A stretch of 63,081 nt of DNA, filler included, from Basidiobolus ranarum (GCA_040143965.1; 8 parts of 8 records of this genome joined end to end with filler, not necessarily neighbours in it); one strand, 5' to 3'. Counted from the first letter of the whole stretch, positions 13,844-26,527 are shown. The notes: generated by a model not told the origin, from the sequence alone. Program-made: numbers and translations.

Positions 13844-14842
13844 TTATTTTGTCTTGGCTTTGATCAATTGTGTCCACATTCGGTTTATAGGTGATGGTAA
13901 GTTATGGCTATCAGCCAAACGGACTAAATATCCGTTGATGTAATCTATTTCGCTTTTTCTCTTAGCGCTAACATCCTGAAGCATAGATGATTTATTATCC
14001 AGTGTGGCATTGCATACTTCAAAAACCGACTTTTCCAAATTCTCGTAAGATAAATTGGTGACAGTTTTACCAACTTCAGCTTGTATAATTTGGGAGGCTT
14101 CATAACATGTATCCTTCAATAGATTAATTGAATGCTCATTCTCCAATAATATTCCATTTTTGCAACCCAAGGTTGCAGTAAGTGGATTAATACACGCATT
14201 CACCACTAGTTTCTCCAAAAGTTTGGCTCGAAGCACTTCAAAGGGTTGATCTGCTTGAACTTCCAGGTCTAGTTGGCTGAAAGCTTTCATAGTTTGTTGT
14301 ACTTGGGAAGTATTTCGTTGAGCTGGATCTACAGCACCAAGAAGTAATCTTCCAAAGCCAGCATGGGTTACTTGAAAAGGCTCAGTTCGAAAACAACCAT
14401 GTGTAGTTGTTCCTAAAATAAACTTTGGGATTTCCGACTGATCAGCTTTACCATAAAACTTGTTCAAAATTTCTTCGTAAACACCCATTCCATTTTGTAA
14501 AAAGGTGACAGTAGAGTTGGAAGTCAACCGTTCTTTTACTTTACTCAAGGCTAATGAGGTATCGTATGTCTTGGTGGTAACGATCAAGTGTTCAATCTTT
14601 GATAAAGTCTCTTTAGAATCTACAATCTCAGCCTCTACACCTTTAGTTTTAATGGGTTGGACACCAGATTGTTTAGAAAAGGTAGGAGTTATGGTAATGG
14701 AATTAGCCGAACCAAATCTAAGCAAGCTTTCAGAATTTCGAAGTAATAAAGTTACTGGGTAATTGGCTTGACGTAAATGATGTGCCAGAAGGCAACCGAT
14801 GGCACCAGCTCCTAATATATGGAATCTGCTTGTGGTAACCAT
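13844..14842 (-). CDS. PAN5: 2-dehydropantoate 2-reductase (ketopantoate reductase, ApbA/PanE family), intronless
   Basis: GAGAIG Rossmann motif, TTKTYD, LQNGMG, KLVVNACINPLTA, NKSSMLQDV..SEIDYINGY. Confidence 0.9.
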   Translation of the reverse strand: MVTTSRFHILGAGAIGCLLAHHLRQANYPVTLLLRNSESLLRFGSANSITITPTFSKQSGVQPIKTKGVEAEIVDSKETLSKIEHLIVTTKTYDTSLALSKVKERLTSNSTVTFLQNGMGVYEEILNKFYGKADQSEIPKFILGTTTHGCFRTEPFQVTHAGFGRLLLGAVDPAQRNTSQVQQTMKAFSQLDLEVQADQPFEVLRAKLLEKLVVNACINPLTATLGCKNGILLENEHSINLLKDTCYEASQIIQAEVGKTVTNLSYENLEKSVFEVCNATLDNKSSMLQDVSAKRKSEIDYINGYLVRLADSHNLPSPINRMWTQLIKAKTK

Positions 14843-15257
14843 TAGTATGGAATAAGAAATGCGGTAGAAAAATGAATGGAAACAACAATTGTTATGGACT
14901 CATATAGAGTAATCCAATTTCACTCGAGTATTTTTTAGATATGTAAGTTTTTCCCACGCTTGAAGTTATGCAATAAAACCAGACTATGAAGCTATACATA
15001 AGTGTCCCTTTGTCAACGATAAGTGACATGTGTATATGCCTCAGTATAGCTCGATGGTTTTCCTTGCAAGATTGAGCTCATAAGGGAATACTTTAATCAT
15101 CAATAATAAGACACCTCTGTTTATCACATTAATTCCATATCTCAATAACTCCTTCCACAGTCCTAAATTATTACAATAGATTTTGTGTTCCAATTTATAA
15201 CTAATATGTCATCTAAAGCTGCCTTATTTACTTATCTATAGACAAACTTGAGGGATT

Positions 15258-15587
15258 TGTTGAAATTAGCATTGCCTAAACACCTATATAGTCATAAATA
15301 GCTTAGTACTTAGTTATCCTATATTGAACTAGATAATACCCATTATTCTCATGAGGAATTTACTTATAAGTTCTCAGATATATAGATTTTTTCAAACTTG
15401 TGCTAGAAGCCCCAAACTTTGCACACATGTTCCTGGGACCTTTCCTTAACACATTCTACACATTAGTTTGCTTACATCTTGACAAAACTATAAATGTCAA
15501 CCGAATACTCAATAAATCAATAAGTGAAAACCACTAATTTCTCTAATTCCCCAAAACACTTCCAACAGGCTCCCAAATACTTTAACA
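15258..15587 (+). mobile_element. Copia family A LTR, complete (330 bp)
   Basis: TGTTG...TTTAACA termini, internal TATAAA and AATAAA, homologous to the other A copies. Confidence 0.9.
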
Positions 15588-15735
15588 GTATTGAGTATTC
15601 AGTTGAAATTTATAGTTTTGTCAAGATGTAAGCAAACTAATGTGTAGAATATGTTAAGGAAGGTCCCAGGAACATGTGTTTAAAGTTTGGGGCTTCTTTG
15701 AACAATCTATATATCTGAGAACTTCCAAGTTGGTA
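15588..15735 (-). mobile_element. Partial inverted copia family A LTR abutting the previous copy
   Basis: Reverse complement of about 15365-15515; runs into the contig end. Confidence 0.85.
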
Positions 15736-15835
15736 NNNNNNNNNNNNNNNNNNNNNNNNNNNNNNNNNNNNNNNNNNNNTTAATTAATTAANNNNNNNNN
15801 NNNNNNNNNNNNNNNNNNNNNNNNNNNNNNNNNNN

Positions 15836-17150
15836 ATATACTGTGGCAAGTTTGAGAGTTTGGGTATTGGGGGCTGCAAGGACCAATACAAAGAGGGATG
15901 ATGTAAGGTTGATGTAAGGATGATCAGGTGACCTTCCATGGAAGGTCTTGGTGGAAATACACTATGTGTGGGATGACATGATTGGTTAGGTTTCATGGAA
16001 TGTTCCAAAGAACATGATATCCATATAAGGTAATCTGGATGAACTGACACCAGATTGCCAAGAAGGGATGTCACAGCAGATATGATGTCATAATCTAATA
16101 ATAGAGAAATTCTATTTGTAGTGGATCAGTATGCCAAGATCAGAATCATGACAGTAATTGTGTAAAATTTGGGTTACATTTTCTGCACATGTGTTGATCC
16201 ATAGTTCTCTGAGATTGTAGCCAATCATGCGCAACTATTTTGCAAGATCTTGAAATTTAACTCCTGAAACTGAAAAAATTGATTAAAATCAAATCTAACT
16301 TGACAATTTTATGATGGTTAGTAAGCAGTCAATCCCAAATGGATTAAAATTGTGACAGTTTTCCTACAATAACAATCCTCAAATTTCTGTTAGGGCTACC
16401 TGGCCTTAGCCTGCTTGAATCCTGTGTGCTTTGATGACATCAACTTTACTTGGCTTTTTATGAGACACCTGTTGATCATCTGTGCTGCACTGGCATTACC
16501 TTGCAAGGTGCAGGGTAAAATGATAAACAAGTGGACTTACATGGTATCAGCCTTGCACAAGACCTACCAGCAATTCCCTAACCCAGAAACAGAAAATCTC
16601 CTCTCAATGGCTATCAAACACTCTCAATTTGTTAACAGCTCTCTGCAGCAGCAACTTTGGGATACTCTGATGGACACTCTTCCATTACAGACCACAAACT
16701 CTGCCACAAGAACTATCTCCAGAATCTACTGGAGTTTGGGATCAGCCTCCAGGAAGATTACAAGTCTCACTTTATTGGCTACTGTGCTCTTCAAGTCAAA
16801 ACAATATTCCACTATAATGCTAAAAACTGATACAAGATGACCCTCTTATTTTTGCACTGGCATTCTAGCTGCATGAAACACAACAACCCAAAGTTGTGAC
16901 TATAAACTTTCAACTAGACCTTTGGAAGCAATAGCTTGCCTCCAGGACACCTTTTTTGATACCTATTATTCCAGGATTTTGTCCTATTGTCCACTTGGTT
17001 TGTACTCAGTATCTTGCTTTCCACCTATCATATTTGCCCCATAACATTATGTTTACATCCTCAGAGCTGGATTACACTGATCATCAAGTTAAGTATGGAT
17101 ATCATCCAGTTTTGTCACAATATCTGAAAAGATTGATGTCATGATTGTCA
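15836..17150 (+). mobile_element. Degenerate transposon-like relic, possibly MULE with a SWIM zinc finger
   Basis: Strongly CpG-depleted, with broken ORFs. CTCVDP*FSEIVANH at about 16184 has SWIM-like spacing (CxC..GIxCxH) but carries substitutions. Confidence 0.3.
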
Positions 17151-17203
17151 CTTTGTTTATATTAGTATATAAACTAAATAAAGTCCATACCACCTGGTGC
17201 TTT

Positions 17204-17784
17204 TCATCCCCCTAACTGGTTAGATGTATTTGGGTTTGGATTAAGTGTGTATTTTCCATCAATGCAATAATTACCATTTGAGCACAATATATCAGTTAAA
17301 CACCCTGGATTGCAGGCACCATGCTGCCAAGTTGTAGCTCCTGAACAATAAGCTGAACTCAAACAAAGTCTAAGACGTCACAATCCTTGATAACAGAACT
17401 TTTCCACCAGGCAAGCATCATTAACTGAACATTCATTACATGTACAAGCACTTTTGTAGCATTTTTTGTTGAGCAGTACAATCGGCATTCTTATTACAAA
17501 CACCGTTTTTGCATGTTTTCTTACATTTCCACTGATTGCAGCTAGCCTGGAGGAAACTCAATATGAGATCTGTAGATTCAATTGTACTTACGAAAGCATC
17601 TGTCACTGTATTCATCAATATTTATATGTAATGAGCGTTTTGTAGCGTTAGTTTTCAAAATTCGCCATTCCACTTCTAAATTGGATATATGTGGGGTATC
17701 CTGCGAGTACTCAGTACTTATGTTGGTAATAGCGGTACCGGCAAGGAAAAGTGCAAAGGTGAAGGCTGTTATGAGGGATGGCAT
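17204..17784 (-). pseudogene. Secreted protein with tandem C-x5-C-x5-C-x4-C repeats, disrupted
   Basis: Signal peptide and one short intron (about 17549-17590). Repeats CNKNADCTAQQKCYKSAC, CSVNDACLVEKFCYQGL*, CLSSAYCSGATTWQHGAC, CLTDILCSNGNYCIDGKY. A +1 frameshift in the A6 run (17462-17467) and an in-frame TGA at 17378-17380. Confidence 0.65.
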
Positions 17785-18563
17785 CTAGTCAGCACTTGAA
17801 CATAGAGTGTTTTGGTATTTTGTAAGTCAATTAGGAGCATTTTATACTCAACGTGATTTTAAAATTTGGTTTTTTCTTACTCCATGTTCTAGGGAGCACT
17901 AGATACTGCAATCCACAAAGCGGCACCATTAGAGCAGTTGGTCACGAAGAATATTGAAGTCTGGACAATGCACACATTGTTGAGGTAACATCAAGCAATA
18001 CTATTCATATTGCGGTGTTTTATAGTGAGTGATGATCTGGGAAAGTATATAAACAAATCCCTCTTGGTCTATGCATACTAATCTGTTATGACATAGTCAA
18101 ACTGCTTTACCGTTCGATGCTGCTTACATGTTCATCCATCAGATTGTTACACCTGGTGACAGACAATTTGTGTATATGGTATGCTAAAAGCCTTGTCCTA
18201 TATAACCGAATGCACTGTATTAAATTAAACGGCTTTTGAATTCCAAATTTTTTCATGTGATACTCACTACTATTCGCTTACTTGCAAATCATTCAAACTG
18301 ACTTATAATAGTACTTACTCTTATCGTGCAGTGCTGAATATTAAGGCTTGATATAACATGATAAAAGCTAATTACGATATTGAGTGATTTGTCCTACATT
18401 AGTGGGCATTGAACGTTGTGTCAAATGTTGCGTAAGTTTAATCCTCAACATGAATGGTTGAAATTAGTTACATCTAATCCAATAGTAGTAAATGAACCCA
18501 ATTGTGTATCGTTAACTATGAGCTATCATTATTCTATTCTATTAAGCGATACTTACTTTGTCA

Positions 18564-20288
18564 ATGCTCTTGTTACATAACTTTTCGAAAACCACGGTGG
18601 CCTCCTTACCACCTGAGGTACTAGAACGAATTTTCTTCTATGTTGGGGATATATTCTTATATTTCGAAGTGGCCCAACGTCCTAATAATCGCCACCGAGC
18701 ATTGATACCTCACAATAACGGGCCCGGCTTTATCTTAGAAGAAGCAATCAAAAGGCACCACAAGTTGCTCCTTCAGTGGCTCTTACAAGAAAATCCCTTT
18801 CCGAAAGACTATTTACTTGCAAGTGCTGCCATTTATGGTGATGTTGAAACTTTACAGTACATCACCTCACTAATTGGTGACAATTACACAGAGTATGACA
18901 CGCCAGCAAAGCTATTTTGCATTGCGCAAGGCAGAATGGGCCAGTTGGAATACCTTTATCAAAATAACCCAACTTTTAATGGTTTACGTACTTATGTTAG
19001 CCGGTATATTGTTGCTGGAATCCACAATTCAAAAGAGATTTGTTCTTGGTATGTGAAAAATAAGCCGACTACATATATGATTACCGAAGTGGACCTCATT
19101 CAAGGTTATCTACAGAACGATGACACTACTGGAGCCTCAGAGTACATTGATCCCAATGATCTTACCAGTTTGATGAGAGCTTTGTCTGTTATTCGCTTTG
19201 GAAAAGAAGAGACGTTTCGATGGTTGATTGCCACTTATCCTGATGAAGAAGTATTGATATTTGTAGCAAATGCATGTGCGAGGATAGGATACATAGACAC
19301 GCTGGAAATTCTCTTTAATGAGCCATACAATATACATGTGGAATATAACTTCTTTGTAGCGATACCCAATTTGGCTGTAGCGCAAGTTTTGCACAAGTAT
19401 GCATACAAACAGAACACCATTTCCAATCGGCTGAATGGAGATATGCTTCAGAAAAACGGACCCCACTTCGAGACCTATCGAACCCCTGATAACTACTATA
19501 CACTCCTGAGGAAATTTACGCAGTCAGAGGACTGCATTCAACGAAGGCATCACTCTCATTTTTTGGAAAGACCCTCCACGGAAGTGCTAATGTTTCTAGT
19601 GGACCTAGCGGATGTAGCCTCCAACGTCAAGGAATTAAATATATATGTCCGATACGCGATCGAATATGGACACTTGGAACTTCTGCGGAAGTTACGACCA
19701 CACATGCGAGAACAGGATGTAAACACTCTCTCATGGCAAATTGAACTGGGAATGCTAAACATGTATTCCAGCTCTAGTTCAGCCATGGTCGAGTATCTCT
19801 TGGAGTGGGAGATAGCACAAACGAAAGATGTTGACACTCTGATACCGAACTTTGATTTAAAGCTCATTCGGAAGCTTGTAGAAAAGAAACGTGTTACAGA
19901 TCAGAATGATATGCTAATCGAATGGAATTCTGAAACTCAGGATACGTTGCAAAAGAAGATGTTAAAAAAGATTGGTGGGGGCTTTAATCCCATACATTTT
20001 GAGAATAGGGAGGCTCTTCTAGAAATGGCACACTCGGCATATGCTGGATTATATGAGCAATATGGATTTAGCAAAATTGACTTCGGTAACTCTAAGGTCG
20101 CATACAACACTCATCATTTAATGAGGTATCTTACCCATGTTGCAACGGGCATTTCACAGCATGTTTCTGCAGGCGATAAGATTATTAGAATGATTGAGCA
20201 ATCATTGACGATGGTGAATGTGCATCTACTACTAATGGAGTTAACAAATAATTCTAGAAATCTGCCAAAAGCCTATGATCAATACTAG
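18564..20288 (+). CDS. Intronless F-box-like plus degenerate ankyrin-repeat protein
   Basis: N-terminal SLPPEVLERIFFYV (F-box-like). Ankyrin-like units AAIYGDVETLQYI, CARIGYIDTLEIL, AIEYGHLELLRKL. First ATG at 18564. Confidence 0.7.
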   Translation: MLLLHNFSKTTVASLPPEVLERIFFYVGDIFLYFEVAQRPNNRHRALIPHNNGPGFILEEAIKRHHKLLLQWLLQENPFPKDYLLASAAIYGDVETLQYITSLIGDNYTEYDTPAKLFCIAQGRMGQLEYLYQNNPTFNGLRTYVSRYIVAGIHNSKEICSWYVKNKPTTYMITEVDLIQGYLQNDDTTGASEYIDPNDLTSLMRALSVIRFGKEETFRWLIATYPDEEVLIFVANACARIGYIDTLEILFNEPYNIHVEYNFFVAIPNLAVAQVLHKYAYKQNTISNRLNGDMLQKNGPHFETYRTPDNYYTLLRKFTQSEDCIQRRHHSHFLERPSTEVLMFLVDLADVASNVKELNIYVRYAIEYGHLELLRKLRPHMREQDVNTLSWQIELGMLNMYSSSSSAMVEYLLEWEIAQTKDVDTLIPNFDLKLIRKLVEKKRVTDQNDMLIEWNSETQDTLQKKMLKKIGGGFNPIHFENREALLEMAHSAYAGLYEQYGFSKIDFGNSKVAYNTHHLMRYLTHVATGISQHVSAGDKIIRMIEQSLTMVNVHLLLMELTNNSRNLPKAYDQY

Positions 20289-20916
20289 AATCATTGTCTC
20301 TGCTAATTTGTGCTCTCTGTCTATGTTCTGCCATATTACCAATGATTATAACTTGCAATAAGTCTGCTTTCGCTGTAAGATATATTTTTCGGTGCCATGT
20401 CACATATTTCTTAGGATTATTATCCTAAATACTTCATCTTCATTATACTCCTTTTGGACTAAAAAATCACCAATGTTGTTTGAGAAATTGTATTTCCAGT
20501 ATTGGTGAGTGAAGAATCAGTTAGTTGGGGTACTTTAAACTACTTGAGAATATTGGGTATATTATTATTAGTTGTGTGATTGTTCATGTTCATGCTAGTG
20601 ATATACTTTTTATTTTACAGCCCAAGGATATTCAACTAAGCAATGTTAACTAACTTGAACAAGTTGCAGTCAGTATTTACATTTATATATATAGTGCTAC
20701 CAACTATGCTAAAAGCAGCTCTTTTGAATACTCCTTCAATTCATTATACAGAACTACCTGATTCCCCTGCTTGCCTCTCTGATCAGGCTTAGGTAAAATC
20801 TTGATGAAAACATTTTAGGAATTAACAAAGCATAATTATATATATAGTCATGTAAAGATTAGTATTAGTTGGTGAATATCACACTAAGATAAGGCCTTTA
20901 ATTCTCAGGAGGGGTT

Positions 20917-21892
20917 TGTTAAAGTATTTTGGGAGCCTGCTTGAAGCAATTTGGAGAAATAGAGAAATGCATGGTTTTCACTTTTAATTTGTTAAACATA
21001 AAGCAGACATATATAGTTTTGTCAAGATATAAAGAAATTAACTTGTAAAATGTGCTAAAGCAAGTCCCCAGAATGTGTGTACAAAGTGAGAGGTCTCTAG
21101 GACAAGCTTGAAGCTGTATATCTTATAAAACTTGTTAGTGGGTAAAAATATGCTAAGAATCAATTAAGAATAATGGAAGATATCCTAGAAAAATATGTTT
21201 GAATTAGCATTGCCTGAATATCTCTATAGTCATCTATGTTAAAGTATTTGGCAGCCTGTTGGAAGTGGTGTGGAGTATCAGAGGAATTGGTGGTTTTCAC
21301 TAATTGATTTGTTGAATAGAAAGTTGCCATACATATTCTGTCAAGATGTAAACAAACTAGTGTGTAGAATGTGTTAAAGAAGGTCCCAGGAACATGTGTG
21401 CAAAGTTTAGGGATTCTGTCACATGTTTGAAAAATCTATATATCTGAGAACTTCTAAGTTGGTAAAATATTCAAAGTAAATTCCAATTGTGAGTAATTGA
21501 TAGTATCTTAGTGAAATATAAGATAACTAAGTACTAAGCTATATATTGTTAAAGTATTTGGGAGCATGTTGGAAGTGGTTTGGAGAATTAGAGGAATTGG
21601 TGGTTTTCACTTATTGATTTGTTGAGTAGAAAGTTGATATTTATAGTTTGTCAAGATGTAAGCATACTAATGTGTAGAATATGTTAAGGAAGGTCCCAGG
21701 AACATGTGTGCAAAATTTGAGGCTTATAGCACAAGTTTGAAAATTGATATATCTGAGAACTGTTAAGTTGCTAAAAATATTTCAAGTAAATTCCAATTGA
21801 TAATAATCAAAAATAACTTAGTAAGTTATAGAATAACTGAGTACTAAGCTATATATGACTATATAGGTGCTTAGGCAATGCTAATTTCAACA
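20917..21892 (-). mobile_element. Nested stack of copia family A LTRs: 20917-21195 (-, diverged), 21196-21236 (+, LTR nt 1-41), 21237-21546 (-, LTR nt 37 to end), 21547-21892 (-, complete 3' LTR)
   Basis: Three TGTTAAAGTATTT starts on the plus strand and one short TGTTTGAATTAGCATTGCC fragment. The last copy ends CTAATTTCAACA next to the PPT (AGGGAGAG on the minus strand). Confidence 0.88.
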
Positions 21893-23312
21893 CTCTCCCT
21901 GAACTAAATAGTCATATAAACTAATCCTAAAAAAGGTCTAAATTTTTCAAATTTTTGTCTGGCTAATGGATTGGTTAATATATCAGCAATCATGTCTTCT
22001 GTGAAACCATAAGTTGAGTTAATAAACTTATTCTTTATAGTTTCTCTAATAAAGCAATGCTTAGTATCAATATGATTGCTTCAATAATGAAACATGGGAT
22101 TTCTAGCTAATTTGATGCAACTTTAATTATCTTGAAATATTGTAGTTGGTGAGTTTTGAGAATGACCTAAATCTGTTAAGAGTTTTCTAAATCATATTGG
22201 TTCTTTAGTTGCTTCACAGGCAGCCATTTATTCTGCTTCAGTTGTTGAAAGTGCTACAGTGGGTTGTCTCTTTGAATTCCAAGAAATAGCTCCATTACAG
22301 CAAAGAAATAAGTATCCTGTTGTAGATCTCCTTTCTTCAATATCTCTTCCCCATTTTCATCTTAATATCCCATCTGATCAAAGTTTGATCCAGAATATGT
22401 GTATTTTAAGCATAGATCTATAGTGCCTTTCAAGTATCTGAGAATCCACTTATCTGCTATGATTTGATTGGATCCATAATTTTGAAGATATTGGCACATA
22501 ACTCCCACAGAATATGCAATATGTGGCCATGCTCCAACCATGATATAGATCAAACTAACAAACATAGATTGATAAGGAAAATACTGGCTTTCATTTGAAT
22601 CCAAAAACATCTAATTTGAGCTATTTTTGGTCAATTTAAGATTTGTATCCATTGGGGTAGATACTGGATTACATTCTTCCACTCTAAACTTCTTTAGTAT
22701 ATCTAGGATACACTTGGACTGGTTTAAAGTTACTGTTTGGGTAGTTCTATTTATTTTAACTTGGATTCCCAGGTAGTACATCAGTTGACCAAGAGCAATT
22801 GTTTTGAATTTGGCAGATAAGCTAGATTGGGTTTTTTCCAAAGTCTTCAAGTCATTGGTTGCTGTCATAAGGTCATCTACATATAAGGCTAATAAAACTG
22901 GGTTTGTCTTATCTGGCCTGAAGTAGATACCATGGTCAGTATTACTCTTTTGGAACTTGAGTGTTTCCAAAAAAGCATATATCTTGCCATTCCAAGCTCT
23001 TGGAGATTGTTTTAAGACATATAGTGTTTTCTGGAGTCTGCAAACTTTTTTAGGGTTTTTTGGGTCCACATATTTATCTGACTGGACCATGTAGATCTCA
23101 CCAGGAAGCTCACCATTCAAAAAAGCAGTTTTAAAATTCATTTGATGTATAATAAACTGACTTTTAGCTGAAATTGCTAAAATCAATCTAATTGAATTCA
23201 ACTTTGCTACAGGAGCATAAGTTTCTATATAATCTATTTCTGGTGTTTGGGAACAGCCTTTCGCTACTAGTCTAGCCATGTATCTTTCTATATTGCTATC
23301 AGAGCTGTATTT
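21893..23312 (-). mobile_element. Ty1/copia family A pol remnant (reverse transcriptase + RNase H), pseudogenised
   Basis: [69 protein letters not shown]; several in-frame stops. Confidence 0.95.
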
Positions 23313-23637
23313 TGTTGAAGTTTATTGTCTTTATCATATTTGTTATCTCTATCTTTACACACCTAACTATTTCATATATCACATATAAGTTAGTTAACAT
23401 TAGTTAGTCAAATATCACGTAGCTGAAAATGGGAACATATATTATATACATATGTGAATAATGTGAGAATTAGCAATTCCATATTGGAAATTTCAAAATC
23501 GTCCAAATTGCCCCAAAAATAGCTCATTTTACTCCCACAGATGTTCTGAACACAACCCCAGTGTTAGTTTTCTGTATTTCCACCAAAAAGTATAAATGCT
23601 TAATTTCTGGACAATAAACAATTATCTCACAAAGCTA
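23313..23637 (+). mobile_element. Copia family B LTR inserted into the family A reverse transcriptase gene; truncated by the contig end
   Basis: TGTTGAAGTTTATTG start; reverse complement of about 7420-7744. Confidence 0.88.
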
Positions 23638-25538
23638 NNNNNNNNNNNNNNNNNNNNNNNNNNNNNNNNNNNNNNNNNNNNTTAATTAATTAANNNNNNN
23701 NNNNNNNNNNNNNNNNNNNNNNNNNNNNNNNNNNNNNATTTACATCAACATTTTATGCGAAACCAACCAGTTCGTATACTCGAACCAGAGTTAAATATTC
23801 AACTCAATAGGTGGCCATAGTTGCTAAGCTGGCGTAGCTTCTATTGGTACCACTCTCACTGGGTTTATCCTCATTGTCGTTCATCAACCAGCAATCTAGA
23901 GTATATATGAATGTTTCAGCAGATTAGTATTCCAATTTGAGTATGTGAGAACATGAACAAGAAAAACACCGGAAATTGTTGAATCTGAGGTCAATGGGGG
24001 ATCATGTTGTTGGTATGAGCGACTTAGTGACAGGTTACAATTTAATATAGACTATGCATGGGAAATGTATAGGCACATTATTCACTACTTCTCCGATAAT
24101 TTTAATTGTTCCTGTCATAATTGTAAAAATATGCGTAGTGTTTTTCGCTTCAATATAAATTATAACAGATGTCAACTATAAACGGTTATATCTTGCCCAC
24201 AACTTGGTGTTACCTTCAAATAAACTAGCTCCAGGTTCAGGTAAAACTTAGGCAATTATTCCCGATCTATCAAGTATTTAATCAGTCAAATGCCAGTTTT
24301 TCTGTATGTTCAATGAGCTTCTATTACTATAATGGATGGAATATTGGTGCACGGTAAGTGATACATGGGTGAATGTTTCAAAAACTAGACTCGGGGTTAT
24401 GATGATCAAAAAAAGACGTCATACTTATGTATATAGGACGTAGGTGAGTGATTTAGTGGCCTCTATCCAGCTGTTCGACTGAAGTGTACACCTAGATAAA
24501 ATCCAAATTTGAACTCAATACGCCTAACATGACTCAAGATAGATTGAAACAGGTTCAGAAACCCGTTAGAAACAAAGTATGCACAGAGACGACGTATTGG
24601 TTGGAATCCTGCTTCTGTGTTGTATCCTAATGTTGCTCATACGAAATGTAATCCAAATATGTAAGGAACAACGAGAGTACTACTCATCACTAAATCACTT
24701 ACGCAATATTCTGTTCACGAACTTTGTAGTCTTGGTCAAAGCGGTATTGCTGATATAAACGCGTATGATTCCAACTGATGCAGAGTAGAATTGTGACAAC
24801 TGGTAACTGTTTATGGATTCTGAAATTGGGGAGGGTACTAGAGATACACGAACTCAATAAAGCGCTGTGATGATTACCATCGATGTTTACTACTCTTCCC
24901 ATATCAATTCCATGGTTGATTTTAGAGACAGACATTAATCGATTCATATGGATAGAAACAATTATCTCTAAAGTCAATGGAGTTCGTAGTTAAGCTGGAG
25001 TGAATTAAAAAACTCAATGGACAGAAAATGGAACTATCAATCCCCTCTACAGCCCCCTAAACACTGACTCTATATGTGGACATAAATGAAGGCCAAGCAC
25101 CTTAATGTTGTCAAGTTAGTGGCCTACTCCGAATGGTTGAGTTGGGCTGCTATTACATTATGTTTAGGATCAAGTTATTCAGTGTACTTAGTTGATATGA
25201 AGAATGGGTAGTCAAAATGAAATTCAAGCAAACAATCACAATCCTCCATATTAAGAATCTCATATAAAACATGTAGATCCAGATTATATGAGTAAATTAA
25301 GAATAGAGAAATGCCACCTTCCATTTAATGGTTGGTGTCACAAATAGCGTCTAGGTGTATTGCATTGACCCATCAACTGGTTTATTCCGATGCTATAAGT
25401 GTAATACATGATAAATGCTACCAAACAGTCTCATATATACTTTTAAACGATGGAGGAGGGATAATTACTCGTGATACAATACGCCAATATTTTCAATATA
25501 AAAATAGACTCTAGTGCGGTTAATCGAAATATGTTACG

Positions 25539-26527
25539 ATGTTGAAAGGACGTGCCAATAAGCTTAATATCCGTATATCTCCCTTCGTGCTGGATCTTTA
25601 CAAGTAAGTTTCATTTCTTCTCACTATCTCTTCTATTCCTTGTCATTACTCACTATAGGCTTCAGCTTTAGAATTTCTATACTAAATTTCTTCAACCTTT
25701 AGAATACTTTCTGAAGAAAAATGTTTTGACACGATAGCCTGGGAGCTGTCAGGCAACAGATTTATCATTAAAGATCCAATCATTTTTGCTTCCAAAGTTC
25801 TTCCTCAATACTACAAAACTAATAAATTTGCCTCATTCTCCCGGCAACTAAACGTAAGTTATAGTGCTAAGTGTTATTGCTAATGAAATTGTACTAATAA
25901 CTTCAACAGATATATGGCTTTCACCGTGTTTCTGATCGCCGAAGGGCTAAGCAAAATCACGATACATCAGCAATTATCTATTCACATCAATACTTCAAGC
26001 GAAACCAACCAGACTCCCTTCATCTCATCCAACGTACATCGGGGCCTTATAACCAAGGGAGAGTCAAATACTCAATTCCGGAACCAGTCACTATTATCAA
26101 GTCACCGTTGCCTCCTTCACTCCCATCGCCCCTCTCACCAGTATTTCCCTCATTTTTATCCAATAATATACAACCAATATCTAAAGGTGAAGATGAACTG
26201 ACAAGTTCAACGGAGACAGTGCTTGGTTGTTCGAATTGTAAAGTACTTGAACAGGAAATAGAAACTTTGAACAAGACGATTCAGTATTACATCTCAATGT
26301 TAAACGAGTGTGAGGATGCGTCAGTGATACACACACCCATCTCTACCACTTGCCAACAAATGTGGCCTATAGAGTTTCCACCATCTCTTATTCCCACATC
26401 TAACAATGTATCCTACTCAGCGGAAGAATCGTTGCCAAGTCCATGTATTGAATCTCATGTAGACTTTTTTCCTTTTAATTATCTGGAATCTTCACTGATA
26501 CTTTCGAATGTGGATCATTTGCAATAA
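25539..26527 (+). CDS. HSF-type DNA-binding domain protein, 3 exons, intact copy
   Basis: Introns 25604-25702 and 25854-25909. Spliced product: SPFVLDLYKILSE..IAWELSGNRFIIKDPIIFASKVLPQYYKTNKFASFSRQLNIYGFHRV..YSHQYFKR, then CSNC and a short coiled coil. Confidence 0.9.

Noticed and set aside
15365..15735. Long inverted repeat as a structured RNA or MITE
   Set aside because: Fully explained by two family A LTRs in opposite orientation.
17378..17380. In-frame TGA at a Cys position read as selenocysteine
   Set aside because: The same gene has a frameshift and other lost cysteines, and no SECIS was recognised; decay is the simpler explanation.
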